A stretch of 64,000 nt of DNA from Azolla caroliniana (Eukaryota; Plantae; Polypodiophyta). The stretch covers positions 36,084,001 through 36,148,000 of the forward strand of contig JBHGNT010000001.1 of the NCBI GenBank assembly GCA_043228905.1, read 5' to 3'. Both the position numbers and the translations under genes were made by a program. Below the pieces are notes generated by a model, which saw only the letters and a list, made by a program, of their open reading frames with translations, made no database searches and was not told where the DNA came from. Position 1 is the first letter of the stretch, and each line of letters opens with the position of its first letter. Below, in pieces: positions 60,704-64,000 of this stretch.

Positions 60704-63041
60704 ATGGCACCCAATACAGTTGCTGAAGCTCCCCCCCCTTCCATCAATGGCGATTACACCTTTCGCGAGCTTGACACTGAACCCTACTGGCCCTCTGCCC
60801 CACTCCGCATCTCCATCACCGGTGCCGGTGGCTTCATCGCCTCCCACATCGCCCGCCGCCTCAAGCGCGAAGGCCACTACATCATCGCCTCTGATTGGAA
60901 GAAGAACGAACACATGGATGATGACATGTTCTGCCACGAGTTCCACCTCGTAGATCTCCGCGTCATGGACAACTGCCTTGCCGTCACCAAAGGCGTCGAC
61001 CATGTTTTCAACCTCGCAGCTGATATGGGCGGCATGGGATTCATCCAATCTAATCACTCTGTTATTATGTACAATAACACCATGATTAGCTTTAACATGA
61101 TCGAGGCATCTCGTATCAATGGTATCAGTAGGTATAATTCGCATTAGCGATTTCCCTCCGTCCCCTAGGTATTATGAAAAGGTTCTGTGTGGAAACGACA
61201 TGTCGGTATATGTAGTTTTGTGTACATTAAAACTTTCCTATATGCATGTGCATTGCGCATGTGCATGTGCTCAAGTTTTTGTAAGTGTTCATTCATGACT
61301 GCCAACATGCATATGTGGATGCACAGGTTCATGCATGCATGCATGCATGCTCGTTGTTCCCGTATGTGCCCATGCATTTGGATGCATGCATGACACATCC
61401 CAGAATGGTTATCTATTTATTATGTCCATGGATGTGAATTTGTCTTGTCATCGTGGGAGCTTTATTTTGTTTTCGTGTGTCTTATGGTTTGATTGATCGT
61501 GTCTTTCTTCCTGTGGCCAGATTCTTTTATGCATCTAGTGCATGTATATACCCTGAATTCAAGCAGCTTGAGACAAATGTTAGCTTGAAGGAATCTGATG
61601 CATGGCCTGCGGAGGTACTCATATGCATAACAAATACTGAGTCTCATCCTAAACTACACAAAATCTAAATCCACTGACTTTTAATGAACTTATTCAGCCT
61701 CAAGATGCATACGGTTTGGAAAAGCTCGCCACTGAGGAATTATGCAAACATTACACTAAAGATTTCGGCATTGAGTGCCGAATTGGTCGTTTCCACAATA
61801 TATATGGTCCTTTTGGTACATGGAAAGGTAAAACAACGCAAAAAATACCTTCTTTCTTTTAATCAATGCCATTTGATCACATGCTCATGCTTTGGTTGTT
61901 CATTGATTTTTGTATGAAGATTTCCCTTACTCTTTTGCTGTTATAGGTGGGCGTGAAAAAGCTCCAGCTGCATTTTGCCGAAAGGCTCTGACTTCTGTCG
62001 ATCGATTTGAGATGTGGGGTGATGGAAAGCAAACGAGATCCTTCACATTCATCGACGAATGTGTCGAAGGTGTTTTGAGGTAATGTTCTAGTATGAGACA
62101 ATATTGTGATCTAATGAGGAATTTGTTGGATCTAATGAACATAATGTGTAATAATGATTTAGGCTAACGAAATCAGACTTTAGAGAGCCGGTTAACATCG
62201 GAAGTGATGAAATGGTGAGTATGAATGAGATGGCAGAGATTGTGTTGAGCTTTGACAACAAGAACTTGCCGATTCATCACATTCCTGGCCCAGAGGGTGT
62301 TAGAGGCCGAAACTCCGACAACACATTGATCAAGGAAAAGTTAGGATGGGCCCCATCAATGAAGCTCAAGGTGAGAATTTGTATAAGCAAAGTGTCATCT
62401 TGGTGTCAAAGATTTTTGTCTCATTGTTGTTGTGTCAAGTATTGTGTCAAGGTGAAAAACTAAGGAACCTCAATTACCCACCAACAGTAAATGATTTGTC
62501 TGGATTTATATCCTTGTGATTCACAATTTTGATTAGAGTAACACTAGGCTCATATTTCTGCTTATTCGTAATGTTAAAAGGAGCCTTTTAAGTCCAAATG
62601 ATTTAGCTGGATTTATGTAGTCTTAAATGGTGAAAATTCAAGCAATATTTGTGCTAATATCTCAATTTTCATAATTGTCATGTTATTTTGTGGAAGACTA
62701 TTAAAAATATTGTATATTTCTAGATTTGGGTGAGAATTGTTTGCTCCAAAACCTGGAAAGATACCCATTCTAGGAAATTGTTCACTGTCATTTATTTTTC
62801 GTGAATGTTGTTAATGAACCGAAGTTGAGGTTATATCTAATACTCTTCACATTCTTTTCTTGCTATGTCATTAATACAGGATGGTCTTAGATTTACTTAC
62901 TTTTGGATCAAAGAACAAATCGAGAAGGAAAAAGCTCGAGGTGTTGATTTGGCCACCTACACTTCATCAAAAGTTGTGCAAACACAAGCCCCTGTTCAAT
63001 TGGGCTCTCTCCGGGCAGCAGATGGCAAAGAGGGATTGTGA
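60704..63041 (+). CDS. GME: GDP-mannose 3,5-epimerase, 384 aa; exons 60704-61131, 61521-61614, 61698-61827, 61947-62079, 62163-62370, 62880-63041
   Basis: ITGAGGFIASH, LAADMGGMGFIQSNH, ASSACIYP, YGLEK, GVRGRNSDN, GSLRAADGKE; all five introns are GT-AG; exon lengths sum to 1155 nt in frame. Confidence 0.96.
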
Positions 63042-63634
63042 TCTAATTTGTGTAACATTGGAGTTTTCAAGAGGAATTGTGATCAAATGATGCATTAACT
63101 CAAATTTTTTATCATCTTTTGGTTAGGATTTTGGGGAGGTTTATCTGGGGTTTGGTTTAAATTTATGTCTTCTCTTAGTATAAGAACACATTTCACTCTA
63201 TTTTTCACTAATAAAGTCTGAAAGCTATCTAAGAATCCAGGAATCCACTTAGTCGAGACATCTCACATCAAGCATACTTTTATATCTAACCTGAGCTTTT
63301 GCAGCGTTCAATTTTCAATCAATTTTGTTTATGGAATTTCTGAAGTAAAAACTTGTGAACTTCTCATGATGATGCATTCAATGACTAAGTTTTCCTCTTT
63401 TGAGCTAAATTGTGGGGTTTAGCCAGCTTCTCCATATTCAATAAGATGAGTAGTATTCAAGTGACGTGCAATATTTGAAGGATATGAGAGCATGTCAGGT
63501 GTGGCAAAGAAAATATTTGATTTTCTATGGATAGAGTAAAATATTTGCCATAAGAGATGTACTACTCCAATATCCTTGAGGTAAGAAAAGGGGTGTAATT
63601 GTCTGTTATTTCCCAGATTGGTTCTATTATTAAA

Positions 63635-63770
63635 CTTTGTAAAGTATCTCCAAGATATTGCGATCTATGGAGGAGGATCATAGAGAAGATAGGAAAGGTT
63701 GCGTATAAGGTAGATTTTCCAACAAGTAGTCCATATTGTGTTTCATGTCAGCAGATTAAAGAAGTCTCTA
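63635..63770 (+). pseudogene. Decayed Ty3/gypsy integrase C-terminal (GPY/F module) fragment
   Basis: CKVSPRYC...IIEKIGKVAYKVDFP then, after a frameshift, VFHVSRLK; matches the same module in element C. Confidence 0.75.
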
Positions 63771-64000
63771 CTAGATTAATGTAGTTTGGATAGTTAATAT
63801 GAACTGTAGATTCCCGTTGTAGACTTAGGATCAGATTGTTGTTACTCCCCCCCCACCCCCCCACCCCCTTCCCCTGGACAACAATTGTAGGGTAGACATT
63901 CAAGAGGAAAATTTGAGGAATCTTTCTTTCCATCAAATTCTAGTCTCTCTGAAAATCTTTCCTTTGATGCTACTTCAAATGGGATGGTAGGTCAAATTTA

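Noticed and set aside
60371-60726. Tyr/Ile/Val-rich ORFs upstream of GME and in its first intron
   Set aside because: Translations of TA/CA/ATGC simple repeats.

Overview
Eukaryotic nuclear DNA from a land plant, probably a non-seed plant (inferred from the GPR1/FUN34/YaaH genes and the retroelement types). Host genes: three intronless GPR1/FUN34/YaaH (SatP/Ady2/ATO) acetate-channel paralogues at 2.3-14.9 kb, a VQ-motif gene at 25.5-26.6 kb and a six-exon GDP-mannose 3,5-epimerase (GME) at 60.7-63.0 kb. Other repeats: a decayed L1-type LINE carrying a copia solo LTR, a second solo LTR, and hAT and Mutator-type non-autonomous DNA elements. A 27-kb stack of five nested LTR elements (31138-58184) resolves to the base from LTR termini and target-site duplications (TSDs). 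The outer short-LTR Ty3/gypsy element A has a -1 frameshift signal and hosts an intact Ty1/copia (E) and a pol-less tRNA-Trp-primed element (B). B in turn hosts a young chromovirus (C) and a related pol-less element (D). The most unusual signals are the B/D family with a partial Gag and a long repeat protein, and a regular RNA-hairpin array in the leader of C. All comparisons were made by eye; no searches were run.
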